Source: an uncultured Candidatus Poseidoniales archaeon (GTDB lineage: Archaea; Thermoplasmatota; Poseidoniia; Poseidoniales; Poseidoniaceae). From it: DNA of 64,000 nucleotides. Made by a program: the position numbers and the translations under genes. Below the pieces are notes generated by a model. The model did no database searches. It worked only from the letters and a program-made list of their open reading frames with translations, and was not told the origin of the DNA. Numbering within the stretch: position 1 is the stretch's first letter; each line of letters opens with the position of its first letter. Below, one piece after another: positions 45,534-54,343 of this stretch. The stretch is from contig CAJJAV010000011.1 of NCBI GenBank assembly GCA_905182125.1, positions 9,934-73,933 on the forward strand, written 5' to 3'.

Positions 45534-48281
45534 GTCAATCCGGAAAACATGCGATGCACGCCAACGGCACTTTTTTCCCTGATTCTAGTGCTTTCTTCTG
45601 TTGCAGGCGGCATCAACAGCGAGGTGCAAACCCTCGAAGATCGAGACCTACCGCAAAGCGTTGGCGGTGACAATTTATCTTCCGGCTTGGCCTTTGGTTG
45701 GGCGACAAGTGCGGGTGGGGCACTCGACGATTTCATCTCACAATCTTCCACCTACGCCAACGGCACCTTCATTGTCGCCGGGAGCTATGGAGGTGACATT
45801 CAATTCCGTGACCAAATCGATGGACATGGAGCCACTGGTGGATCAAGCGACAGAGATGCAATGCTGGGTTGGATCAATCCAAACGGCACATGGAACGCAA
45901 GTTTGTCTATTGGGACATCCGGTACGGATTCAATTGAATCGATTGCTCTTTTGCCAAATGGCGATGTCATCGTAGCCGGGAATTTTTGTTTGAACAGCGT
46001 TGGTTTCTCTTGCGAACTCTCTCTCGGAGATCTCGACCCGCTGGAAAAGGATGAGGCGGAGGATGACGGAAATGTATTCCTTGCACGCCTAAACGGCGAT
46101 GGAATTTGGTCCTGGGCCAAGCAATTTGGCAACGCCAACGATAACTTTGTTTTTGACATGCTGGTGACACCAAGCAACGAAATCCATCTTGGCATCCTGT
46201 TCCGAGGGTCATTGGAATTTAACGGTGAGGTTGTCGAAGGTGGCTCAGAAATGAGCTTAATCATCGCCACCTTCAACGAAGCAGGTGAATCTCTTTCACA
46301 CGTTGGCATTACGAGCGAAGATGGCATTGAGTCCATTGGCGGCATTTGCCAGGACGGGGCAGGGCAAGCCTACGCAGTTGCCACATTTAGGGGCGAAATG
46401 CTGACGGGAGAGACCCTTCTTTCTTCGGCAGGCGAAACTGACCTCATGGTTGCCTCGTATCAGGGCGACGAATGGCTGTGGGCCGTCTCTGGGGGAGGGG
46501 CATTTGAAGATCGAGCTTGGGATTGCTCAGGTTCTCCGAATCAAGGCCTGAGTGTTGTTGGGGAATTTGTTGGAAATGCGAGTTTTGGTGAATCAACGAC
46601 CGATGCCTCAAATGGAACCGATATGCTCCTCGCATTGGTTTCTTCATCTGGAGCATGGACCAGCATCGCACAAGCTGGAGGCGTTGGCGTTGACCGTGCA
46701 ACAAGGGTTGTAACCAACCCACAAGGCGACATCACAATCACCGGGACAACCGCAGCAGGCTTCGTTCTCGGCGAAGACACCCTCGAAGACTTAGACGATT
46801 ACAACGACGACACGCACAACGACATATTTCTCGCCACCTACTTGCAAAACGGAACATGGGCGTGGGCTGTGTCTGCTGGCGGTGAAGGAAATGACGAACC
46901 AACTGATCTCACCTACGCTCTTGACGGGTCGCCACTGCTAACGTTCATGCTCAGTGGAACAGCCAGTATTGGCGTTCACACTGCAACAAGTTATGGCGGC
47001 TATGACGTTGGCGTTTGGCTTTATCAAACAGATCGTGACAACGATGGAATCCTCGACGGGGAAGACAATTGTCCCAGAATCACAAACACTGCTCAGGGCA
47101 ACCATGATGGTGATCTTTTCGGCGATGATTGTGACGGTGATGATGACAACGACGGTGTTTCAGATGAACTGGATGATTGCCCGAGCGGCGCTATGTCATG
47201 GACTTCTGATGCTTCATCTGATCATGACAGCGATGGCTGTGAGGATGCAGGTGAGGATTTTGATGATGATGAAGACACCGTGTTTGATTTCAACGATTTA
47301 TGCCCCCTTGGTCCAGTGGGTTGGATTTCAACTCCTGAAGAGGACAACGAAGGTGACGGTTGTGCCGACTTTGATACTGATGAAGACGGATACATCGATC
47401 AGATGGACAACTGCCCTGCAGATGCGAACCCGACCCAGGGCGATTTGGACGGGGACGGGTTGGGTGATGCGTGTGATGTTGACGAAGATGGCGATGGAAT
47501 CGCTGCACCCGAAGACAACTGTCCGCGTGACATAACCCCTTGGACCTCAACTCCATTCAACGATTACGACCAGGATGGCTGCTATGATGACACCATGGAT
47601 GCGGATGATGACAACGACGGTTACCAAGATGTCAATGATGCCTGCCCCAGAGGTGAAATCAATTGGAATAATGATGTCGAGGAGACCACGGGTTTGGAGT
47701 TAAATGCGCTGGATCATGACCAAGACGGTTGCCAAGACACCATTGAAGACGATGACGATGACAACGATGGCGTTCTTGATCTGATTGACGCATGCCCCAC
47801 CGGCCTGGTTGGTGTTGCCATGGCTGGACAAGATGCTGATGGTGATGGCTGCATTGATTCGGCTGAAGATGATGACGATGATAACGACGGGGTGATTGAC
47901 GCAATCGACGTATGCCCTTTGACTCCAATCGGAGACCAGGTTGGCATTCAGGGATGCAGCATGAATCAATTGGATGATGACCGCGATGGCGTCTCAAACG
48001 CTGCCGACATGTGCCTCAACAGTCTACCAGGGAGGCTCGTCGATGAAAGCGGATGTGCAATCCTCTACCAAACAAACGAACCTGTTTCAAATGAAGCGGA
48101 TCAAAACGGCCTCACCACTTGGCTGTTTATCTTCGCAGGCGTGCTTCTTCTTGCCGCAGGTATTGTTGCTTCAAACGGACGAGCGCTTCCAAAAACTGAG
48201 GCGGATGTTGCCCCACCAAAACGACCAGTTGATCTTGACGAAGCGAGCGACTTTGATGCGCCGAGCAACGAGCAAGAATGA
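45363..48281 (+). CDS. secreted beta-propeller plus TSP3 (Ca-binding) repeat surface protein with C-terminal TM anchor and acidic cytoplasmic tail (probable start MQQVNPENMR, about 45525)
   Basis: Signal peptide CTPTALFSLILVLSSVAGG. The N-terminal half has repeated G-rich blade-like segments. The C-terminal half carries at least 12 DxDxDGxxDxxD motifs often followed by C (DNDGILDGEDNCP, DDDNDGVSDELDDCP, DTDEDGYIDQMDNCP...). TM helix LTTWLFIFAGVLLLAAGIVA. Tail ...DLDEASDFDAPSNEQE. Confidence 0.6.
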   Translation: MPRWPSVQMQKVGHHLLTPLCSKRLAPHTIWRLHEPPWNVFSLNLWGTKDGGFQMQQVNPENMRCTPTALFSLILVLSSVAGGINSEVQTLEDRDLPQSVGGDNLSSGLAFGWATSAGGALDDFISQSSTYANGTFIVAGSYGGDIQFRDQIDGHGATGGSSDRDAMLGWINPNGTWNASLSIGTSGTDSIESIALLPNGDVIVAGNFCLNSVGFSCELSLGDLDPLEKDEAEDDGNVFLARLNGDGIWSWAKQFGNANDNFVFDMLVTPSNEIHLGILFRGSLEFNGEVVEGGSEMSLIIATFNEAGESLSHVGITSEDGIESIGGICQDGAGQAYAVATFRGEMLTGETLLSSAGETDLMVASYQGDEWLWAVSGGGAFEDRAWDCSGSPNQGLSVVGEFVGNASFGESTTDASNGTDMLLALVSSSGAWTSIAQAGGVGVDRATRVVTNPQGDITITGTTAAGFVLGEDTLEDLDDYNDDTHNDIFLATYLQNGTWAWAVSAGGEGNDEPTDLTYALDGSPLLTFMLSGTASIGVHTATSYGGYDVGVWLYQTDRDNDGILDGEDNCPRITNTAQGNHDGDLFGDDCDGDDDNDGVSDELDDCPSGAMSWTSDASSDHDSDGCEDAGEDFDDDEDTVFDFNDLCPLGPVGWISTPEEDNEGDGCADFDTDEDGYIDQMDNCPADANPTQGDLDGDGLGDACDVDEDGDGIAAPEDNCPRDITPWTSTPFNDYDQDGCYDDTMDADDDNDGYQDVNDACPRGEINWNNDVEETTGLELNALDHDQDGCQDTIEDDDDDNDGVLDLIDACPTGLVGVAMAGQDADGDGCIDSAEDDDDDNDGVIDAIDVCPLTPIGDQVGIQGCSMNQLDDDRDGVSNAADMCLNSLPGRLVDESGCAILYQTNEPVSNEADQNGLTTWLFIFAGVLLLAAGIVASNGRALPKTEADVAPPKRPVDLDEASDFDAPSNEQE

Positions 48282-48321
48282 ACTCGATTGAAGTTGATGG
48301 TTCATCTTCCTTCAAGTCAAG

Positions 48322-50535
48322 TTGTGCCATCAGTTAAATAAAAAAAGACGCGCATCGAAGATTATGAAGTCTGGTTTAAGGTTCATCTGCGTTCTAATGA
48401 TGATGATGATGCTCGCATCCGTTCCTGCAATTGATGCCAATTCCACAGGCAAAACTGGTTCCAGCGCCAATGGCTGCACATGCCACAGCACAGACGCAAT
48501 GATCGTACCGACGATGAATGGATTGCCTTCGTCATATACCCCTGGGACCACATACTCGCTCACGTGGACCGGAAGTGGAATGTCGGCAACTGGCGAAGGT
48601 GGATTTAACCTCGATGCAACTGGTGGAACATGGTCGAACTTGGGTCAACGGGTCAAATCAGTTGGCGGCGAATTAACCCACAGTTCAGACCTACAGCGCT
48701 CATGGTCTGCTGATTGGGTCGCACCTGCTGTTGGAACTGGCACTGTTACGGTCAATCTTGCAGTGCTGTATGCAAACGGAAATTCCGCCAACTCGAATGA
48801 CAACTGGGGGACGGATTCGTGGACGGTCGCAGAAGGTGCAGTCGCTTCCAACACAGCTCCAGTTGCATCCGATGTCAAAATTGGTATTGCTAGCAGTGGG
48901 GGTGCGCCTGTCACTGAGGCGAATGTCAACGAAGACCTCCTTCTGTCATACACTTTTGATGACGCTGATGGTGATTCCAATTCCAATTCCCAAATCCGCT
49001 GGTCCAATGCAGGGGTTGTTGTTTCACAATTCAATGACCTAGCCACACTGCCTGCTTCAGCCACCTCTGTAGGTGACGTTTGGACTGGAGCAGTTACGCC
49101 CAACGATGGTCAGGACCTCGGTTCAGCAGTTGCAGCAATCAACACTGTGGATATTTTGGATATCGATACCGATGGCGATGGCTTTGGAGATGAAAGTGAT
49201 GCCTTCCCTGACGATCCAAATGAACATGCTGATAATGATTCAGATGGTGTTGGGAACAACGCAGACCAATTCCCCAACGACGCTTCTGAAACCATGGACA
49301 CCGATGGTGATGGTGTTGGTGACAATGGCGACTGGGCTGTTAACGATGCAAATGAATCTGCGGACAGTGACAGCGATGGCGTTGGTGACAACGCTGACGC
49401 TTTCCCTAACAACCCCAACGAGACTGTCGACACTGACGGTGACGGCGTTGGTGACAACAGCGATGCGTTCCCACTCGACCCGTCGGAATCAAGTGATTTT
49501 GACGGTGATGGTGTTGGCGATATTGCTGATGTGTTCCCGAACGACGCTTCTGAAACCTTGGACACCGACATGGATGGAACGGGTGACAACGCAGACGTGT
49601 TCCCCGAGGACGCTTCCGAATCGATGGACTCTGATCTCGATGGCGTTGGCAACAACGCTGATGCGTTCCCCGACGATGCAGATGAAACCACAGACACCGA
49701 TGGCGATGACGTTGGCGACAACGCTGATGCCTTCCCCAACGATGCAAATGAGACCCTCGATTCCGACATGGATGGAACGGGTGACAACGCTGACGCATTC
49801 CCCAACGATGCCAATGAAACCACTGATTCAGATATGGATGGCGTAGGAAACAACGCTGATGCCTTCCCCAACGATGCAAATGAGACCCTCGATTCCGACA
49901 TGGATGGAACGGGTGACAACGCTGACGCATTCCCTGAAGACGCTTCTGAATCGATGGACACTGATGGCGATGGTGTTGGCAACAATGCTGATGCTTTCCC
50001 CACAGATGCCTCGGAAACAATGGATGCTGACGGTGATTTGGTTGGCGATAACGCTGACTGGGCACCAAACAACGCCATGGAATCTGCCGACAGTGATGGA
50101 GACGGCATGGGCGACAACGCTGATGCGTTCCCGGCCGATCCTGAGGAAACACTCGATACTGATGGTGATGGTGTTGGCGACAACATGCAAGCTGCGCTTG
50201 AAGCAGCGGCGGCTGAAGATGCCAAAGCCAAAAGAAACATGATGATCATCGCTTTGCTGGTCGTTGGTTTGATCGGTGGTGGAGCGGTTCTCTTTCTTCG
50301 AAGCAAAAAGGATTCGGAAGAACCTATGAAAACTTTTGATCAGCAACCGATAGCAGCACGACAACAGTCGATTGCAATGGTTCAGCCTGCAGCGGTTGCT
50401 TCAGCGGTTGCCCAACCCGTGGTCGAAGAACCATCGGTTCTGCGTCAATGGACTGATGAATCTGGATACACCTGGAGAGCCATGAGCGATGGCGGCAACT
50501 ACTGGTGGACTGGAAGCGAGTGGCAACGGTCCTGA
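48322..50535 (+). CDS. secreted protein with about 16 tandem 22-aa TSP3-like Ca-binding repeats, C-terminal TM anchor and Trp-rich cytoplasmic tail (probable start MKSGLRF, about 48364)
   Basis: Signal peptide FICVLMMMMMLASVPAIDA. The unit (D/N)ADAFPNDA(N/S)ET(L/M)D(S/T)D(M/G)DG(T/V)GDN is repeated about 16 times. TM helix MMIIALLVVGLIGGGAVLFL followed by RSKK. Tail ends QWTDESGYTWRAMSDGGNYWWTGSEWQRS. Confidence 0.6.
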   Translation: MCHQLNKKRRASKIMKSGLRFICVLMMMMMLASVPAIDANSTGKTGSSANGCTCHSTDAMIVPTMNGLPSSYTPGTTYSLTWTGSGMSATGEGGFNLDATGGTWSNLGQRVKSVGGELTHSSDLQRSWSADWVAPAVGTGTVTVNLAVLYANGNSANSNDNWGTDSWTVAEGAVASNTAPVASDVKIGIASSGGAPVTEANVNEDLLLSYTFDDADGDSNSNSQIRWSNAGVVVSQFNDLATLPASATSVGDVWTGAVTPNDGQDLGSAVAAINTVDILDIDTDGDGFGDESDAFPDDPNEHADNDSDGVGNNADQFPNDASETMDTDGDGVGDNGDWAVNDANESADSDSDGVGDNADAFPNNPNETVDTDGDGVGDNSDAFPLDPSESSDFDGDGVGDIADVFPNDASETLDTDMDGTGDNADVFPEDASESMDSDLDGVGNNADAFPDDADETTDTDGDDVGDNADAFPNDANETLDSDMDGTGDNADAFPNDANETTDSDMDGVGNNADAFPNDANETLDSDMDGTGDNADAFPEDASESMDTDGDGVGNNADAFPTDASETMDADGDLVGDNADWAPNNAMESADSDGDGMGDNADAFPADPEETLDTDGDGVGDNMQAALEAAAAEDAKAKRNMMIIALLVVGLIGGGAVLFLRSKKDSEEPMKTFDQQPIAARQQSIAMVQPAAVASAVAQPVVEEPSVLRQWTDESGYTWRAMSDGGNYWWTGSEWQRS
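48334..48347 (+). promoter_or_regulatory. TATA-box-like element TTAAATAAAAAAAG about 20-25 nt upstream of the ATG at 48364 (leaderless transcript predicted)
   Basis: Isolated A/T run in an otherwise GC-balanced intergenic spacer. The spacing is typical for archaeal leaderless promoters. Confidence 0.35.
49160..50185 (+). repeat. in-frame tandem repeat array, period 66 bp (several 132-bp double units nearly identical at DNA level), encoding the TSP3-like repeats
   Basis: Seen directly: gatgccttccccaacgatgcaaatgagaccctcgattccgacatggatggaacgggtgacaacgctgacgcattccc occurs identically at about 49723-49800 and about 49849-49926. Flanking units are 80-95% identical. Confidence 0.8.
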
Positions 50536-53436
50536 TCACGCATAAACAACGGCTGGTGAAAGGGGCATAGCGCCTCCGGCCCGGCCGGTATCGTCGTGCT
50601 CTGATTCACCCAGCACAACACGGACCTCAGAGAGGCCGAGTTCTTCTGCGAGGAAAGACGCACGCTGTGAGAGTGATTGAACCTCATCTAATTGACTGCG
50701 AATTAAAACCCTTGATGCGTCGTCCCACTTGAACACTTGAGGCAGCATTTTTTTGCCCCAGAAGCCCATGATTTCGCCTTTACGATCTCCTTGGGTGATC
50801 TCCATTTGACTGAGGACAGCAACAAATTGCTTCGGATTTCCGCCCTGTTCAAGGAATTCAAGAGCGCGGACAGCAAGTTGACGCTTCCATGTTGGAGCCA
50901 CGATGATGGTTGCTGTTTTTGCAGGTTCATCCAGATGTCGCTCTGCGACATCCTTGATTTTACGAGCGGACTCGAGGAAACTACGAGCCGTTGTTTCACC
51001 ATCGATTGCAGTTTGCTCTTCTGCAGTGATTGGGGCGATTTTAGGCATTTCAGCACCGCTGATGAGTCCATCCATACCGAGCACAGCCCACCACTCTTCA
51101 GCGAGGTGAGGTGTTGAAATTGAAAGAAGGTAGGCCCAATGCTTGAGGATTTTTGGAGCGAGGTCGGCATTGTCCCCACCCCGGCGAGTGTACCAATTGA
51201 CGTCCTTGACCAGTTCATAATGCGAAATTTCGACTGCACGGCGCAAATCATACACGTCCATTGCCGATTGGAATTGTTCAATCCTTTCCTTCAATCGACC
51301 TTCGAACCAGACATCCATTGGATTGGAGCCCCCGGTCCAGCCAAGCAAGCGTTCAGGCATGCCGTACAATTGCATCATCACCTTGTAATTGGCTTCCAAT
51401 GCTGTGTCAGACCAGTCCATTCCTGCTGTTGGATTGGCGGCGAAGAGAATGAACAATCGGACCGTATCTGCGCCAAAACGCTCGATCATATCTTCTGGTG
51501 AAACGGTGTTGCCCAAGGATTTGCTCATTTTTGCTGAGCGTTCAGTAAGGGCCCCTTGGCAGTGTGGGCATGGCGCACCGCCATGGTCGACTGAAAAGGT
51601 GAGGCTGCACACTTCGCACCAAGGTGCTGATTTGTTGACCATACCTTGGCACAAGAGTTCGTTGAAGGGTTCGTCGATGTTATGCAAACCTAAGTCGCGA
51701 AGGGCTTTGGTCCAAAACCGTGCGTAAATGAGGTGCATCTGGGCGTGTTCGATACCGCCACAATAGAAGTCGACATTCATCCAGTGGTCGGCCTTAACTT
51801 CGTCGAAGCACATGTCGTCGTTCAGTGCATCTGTGTAGCGCAGGAAGTACCACGAGGAATCAACGAATGTATCCATTGTGTCGGTTTCCCTTCGTGCGGC
51901 TTGGCCGCATGTGGGGCAATCAGCAGCGAGGAACGAGGCAGATGTTTCCAACGGATTGCCTTGGCCAAACACCACGTCGCGTGGCAGCTCTACGGGTAAA
52001 TCTGCAGCAGGTACGGGCACAGCACCACACCCATCACAGTGAATCACAGGAATTGGAGTTCCCCAATACCGTTGTCGAGAAACCAACCAGGGGCGGATTT
52101 TCCAATTGATGGTCTGGAGACCTGCGCCCTTTGCTTCAAGCGCTTTGATAACCGCTGATTTTGCTTCATCGCCATACAGACCATCAAACCCTTCGATTGG
52201 GCTGTTGACCATCCAACCAAGATCGCATTCAGCCTTCTTGAGGTCTGCAGCGGCATCGCCATGCTCTTTCATGATCAAGACCCTGCGAATTGGGATGTCA
52301 TAGGAGTTTGCAAAGTCGAAATCACGTTCATCATGGCCAGGGACGGCCATCACGGCACCTGTTCCGTAACTGGCGATAACGAAGTTCCCAGCCCAAATCG
52401 GGATTTTCTCCCCGGTGAGGGGGTGAATCGCATTGACGCCGAGTGGTACGCCGCGTTTTTTATTCATGTTCTTGATTCGGTCAAATTCACTCATCACTGA
52501 AACTTCATCGTGCAGGTCGCGCCAATCAGGTTCGAAAGGCGTCCCCTCCACGAGAGCAGCAGCAAGTGGGTGTTCAGGTGCGAGTGTGACGAACGTCGTC
52601 CCGAACAAGGTGTCAGGACGCGTGGTGAACACGGTGAGTTCCTCATCGCGCCCTTCGAGGGAAAAAGTGATCTCTGCACCTTCTGAACGACCGAGCCAAT
52701 CCCGTTGGAGGGATTTCACATTTTCAGGGAAGGCAATGGTGTCTAAGCCGTCAACAAGTTCCTGAGCATACTTTGGGATATCGAGGAACCACTGGCTCAT
52801 TTCCTTCTGTTGCACAGGCCCGTTGCATCGCCAGCATCGTCCTGCTTTGACCTGTTCATTGGCTAAGACGGTCTCACATTGAGAGCACCAGTTCACTGGA
52901 GCGAATTTCTGATAGGCCAAACCCTGTTCCATGAACTTGGTGAAAAACCACTGATTCCAACGGTAATAGCGAGGATCATGGCTCTTTACTTGCCTTCGCC
53001 AGTCATAGGAGAACCCCATACGCTTGATTTGCTCAGTGATGGAGGCCATGTTGCGTTCAGTGATGTCATGAGGATGGGCGTTTTCTTTGATTGCTGCATT
53101 TTCTGCAGGCATACCAAACGAATCGAAGCCCATTGGGTAAAGAACATCAAAGCCCATCATCCGCTTGTAACGGGCGACTGCGTCGCCAATTGAGTAGTTA
53201 CGAACGTGCCCCATGTGCATTTTACCGCTTGGATAAGGGTACATCTCAAGGCAATAGAATTTCGGCCGATCATCACGCGCATCGCGTTGAAACAACTGCG
53301 CTTCGTTCCACCTTTTTTGCCAAAGGAGTTCTGAATCTGGAGTAAAAAGGATGCTCATCGACTCACCTGTGCCCTGCGGGATACCCTTGCCACAGACCCA
53401 CTCGTCTTGAATGCCACTCTTCATGAGGTTGCCCAA
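50536..53436 (-). CDS. leuS: leucyl-tRNA synthetase, archaeal type (probable start MSILFTPD, about 53358)
   Basis: HMGH (PSGKMHMGHVRNY), KMSKS (AKMSKSLGN), the CP1 editing domain and the archaeal C-terminal domain. About 940 aa. Confidence 0.95.
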   Translation of the reverse strand: MGNLMKSGIQDEWVCGKGIPQGTGESMSILFTPDSELLWQKRWNEAQLFQRDARDDRPKFYCLEMYPYPSGKMHMGHVRNYSIGDAVARYKRMMGFDVLYPMGFDSFGMPAENAAIKENAHPHDITERNMASITEQIKRMGFSYDWRRQVKSHDPRYYRWNQWFFTKFMEQGLAYQKFAPVNWCSQCETVLANEQVKAGRCWRCNGPVQQKEMSQWFLDIPKYAQELVDGLDTIAFPENVKSLQRDWLGRSEGAEITFSLEGRDEELTVFTTRPDTLFGTTFVTLAPEHPLAAALVEGTPFEPDWRDLHDEVSVMSEFDRIKNMNKKRGVPLGVNAIHPLTGEKIPIWAGNFVIASYGTGAVMAVPGHDERDFDFANSYDIPIRRVLIMKEHGDAAADLKKAECDLGWMVNSPIEGFDGLYGDEAKSAVIKALEAKGAGLQTINWKIRPWLVSRQRYWGTPIPVIHCDGCGAVPVPAADLPVELPRDVVFGQGNPLETSASFLAADCPTCGQAARRETDTMDTFVDSSWYFLRYTDALNDDMCFDEVKADHWMNVDFYCGGIEHAQMHLIYARFWTKALRDLGLHNIDEPFNELLCQGMVNKSAPWCEVCSLTFSVDHGGAPCPHCQGALTERSAKMSKSLGNTVSPEDMIERFGADTVRLFILFAANPTAGMDWSDTALEANYKVMMQLYGMPERLLGWTGGSNPMDVWFEGRLKERIEQFQSAMDVYDLRRAVEISHYELVKDVNWYTRRGGDNADLAPKILKHWAYLLSISTPHLAEEWWAVLGMDGLISGAEMPKIAPITAEEQTAIDGETTARSFLESARKIKDVAERHLDEPAKTATIIVAPTWKRQLAVRALEFLEQGGNPKQFVAVLSQMEITQGDRKGEIMGFWGKKMLPQVFKWDDASRVLIRSQLDEVQSLSQRASFLAEELGLSEVRVVLGESEHDDTGRAGGAMPLSPAVVYA

Positions 53437-54343
53437 ACTGCGCTATGGTATGGCGAAGCGAATCACCGTCAAGGTGCCAGTTCGAATCGACCTCGCAGGT
53501 GGTTGGACTGATGTTCCCCGGTACTGCAGCACCCACCAAGGCGAAGTGGTCAATGTTGCCATCAACCACTACGTCACCGCAGAGTGTTCAATCGATGATG
53601 AACGTAAAGTCAACGTCACTTACCAAACTCAGCTGCCCACGGGTTGTGGTTTAGGGACATCGGGAGCGATGAATGTCGCCTTGGTTTCCGCTATTTGTGA
53701 CGTGAACGAAGCACCTGAATCTGTAGCAGAAAAGGCGTACCAAATTGAAGCCATCCTTGGCAACACCGGCGGCCGCCAAGATCAGTGGGCAAGTGCCTTT
53801 GGTGGAGTTCAACATCTGACCTTTGATGGAGAAAGCGTTCGACGGGCCCCGCTCGTTCCTTCACCCGCATTCCGTACATGGCTTGAGAAGCATCTGTTGT
53901 TGTTTGACACAGGTTTGCCTCACGTCTCTGGTGAGTTGCATCAAGCCGTATGGGCTCGATACGATCACGATGATGAACAGACAACAGAAGGTTTGTTGCA
54001 CCTTCATGCGGCAGCCCAAAAAATGCATGAAAGCGTTCAGAATGAAAATCGAGAGGGTTTTGCAACTGCTTGGCGCATGGTGATGAAAGGTGTCGACTTG
54101 CTTGATCTTGACCTTCACGGGCCTTTTCGTACCAGCCTCGAACCGCTGGAACATCAAGGCCATGTTGTCGCATGGAAAGCGATGGGAGCGGGTGGGGGCG
54201 GCGTTGTCGGTGTTTTGCAGAGCGGTAAAGGCGACGCTCGACAATCGATTACGGATGCACTGACGAACGCTGGTTGGACGCCAGTGACATGGGCCATTGA
54301 AGACAATGGAATCCAGCGCAGAGAATCATTCAATCACGAATGA
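53411..54343 (+). CDS. GHMP-family kinase of the RIDLAGGWTD type (specific substrate not assignable). Probable start MAKRITVK, about 53450.
   Basis: VPVRIDLAGGWTDVPRY (motif I), PTGCGLGTSGAMNVAL (motif II, PxGSGLGSSAA type), and a C-terminal GAGGGGVV motif III. About 300 aa. Confidence 0.55.
   Translation: MPLFMRLPKLRYGMAKRITVKVPVRIDLAGGWTDVPRYCSTHQGEVVNVAINHYVTAECSIDDERKVNVTYQTQLPTGCGLGTSGAMNVALVSAICDVNEAPESVAEKAYQIEAILGNTGGRQDQWASAFGGVQHLTFDGESVRRAPLVPSPAFRTWLEKHLLLFDTGLPHVSGELHQAVWARYDHDDEQTTEGLLHLHAAAQKMHESVQNENREGFATAWRMVMKGVDLLDLDLHGPFRTSLEPLEHQGHVVAWKAMGAGGGGVVGVLQSGKGDARQSITDALTNAGWTPVTWAIEDNGIQRRESFNHE

Noticed and set aside
49160-50185. Possible CRISPR array suggested by regularly spaced near-identical repeats
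   Set aside because: The repeats are contiguous with no unique spacers and are in frame and coding (Ca-binding 22-aa units). No cas genes are present in the window.
49110-50306. 398-aa Ser/Ala-rich ORF on the minus strand (and further 248-aa, 257-aa and 178-aa ORFs) overlapping the tandem-repeat gene
   Set aside because: They are antisense or off-frame products of a low-complexity repeat with no stops. The plus-frame product has a signal peptide, TSP3 motifs and a TM anchor and is the real gene.
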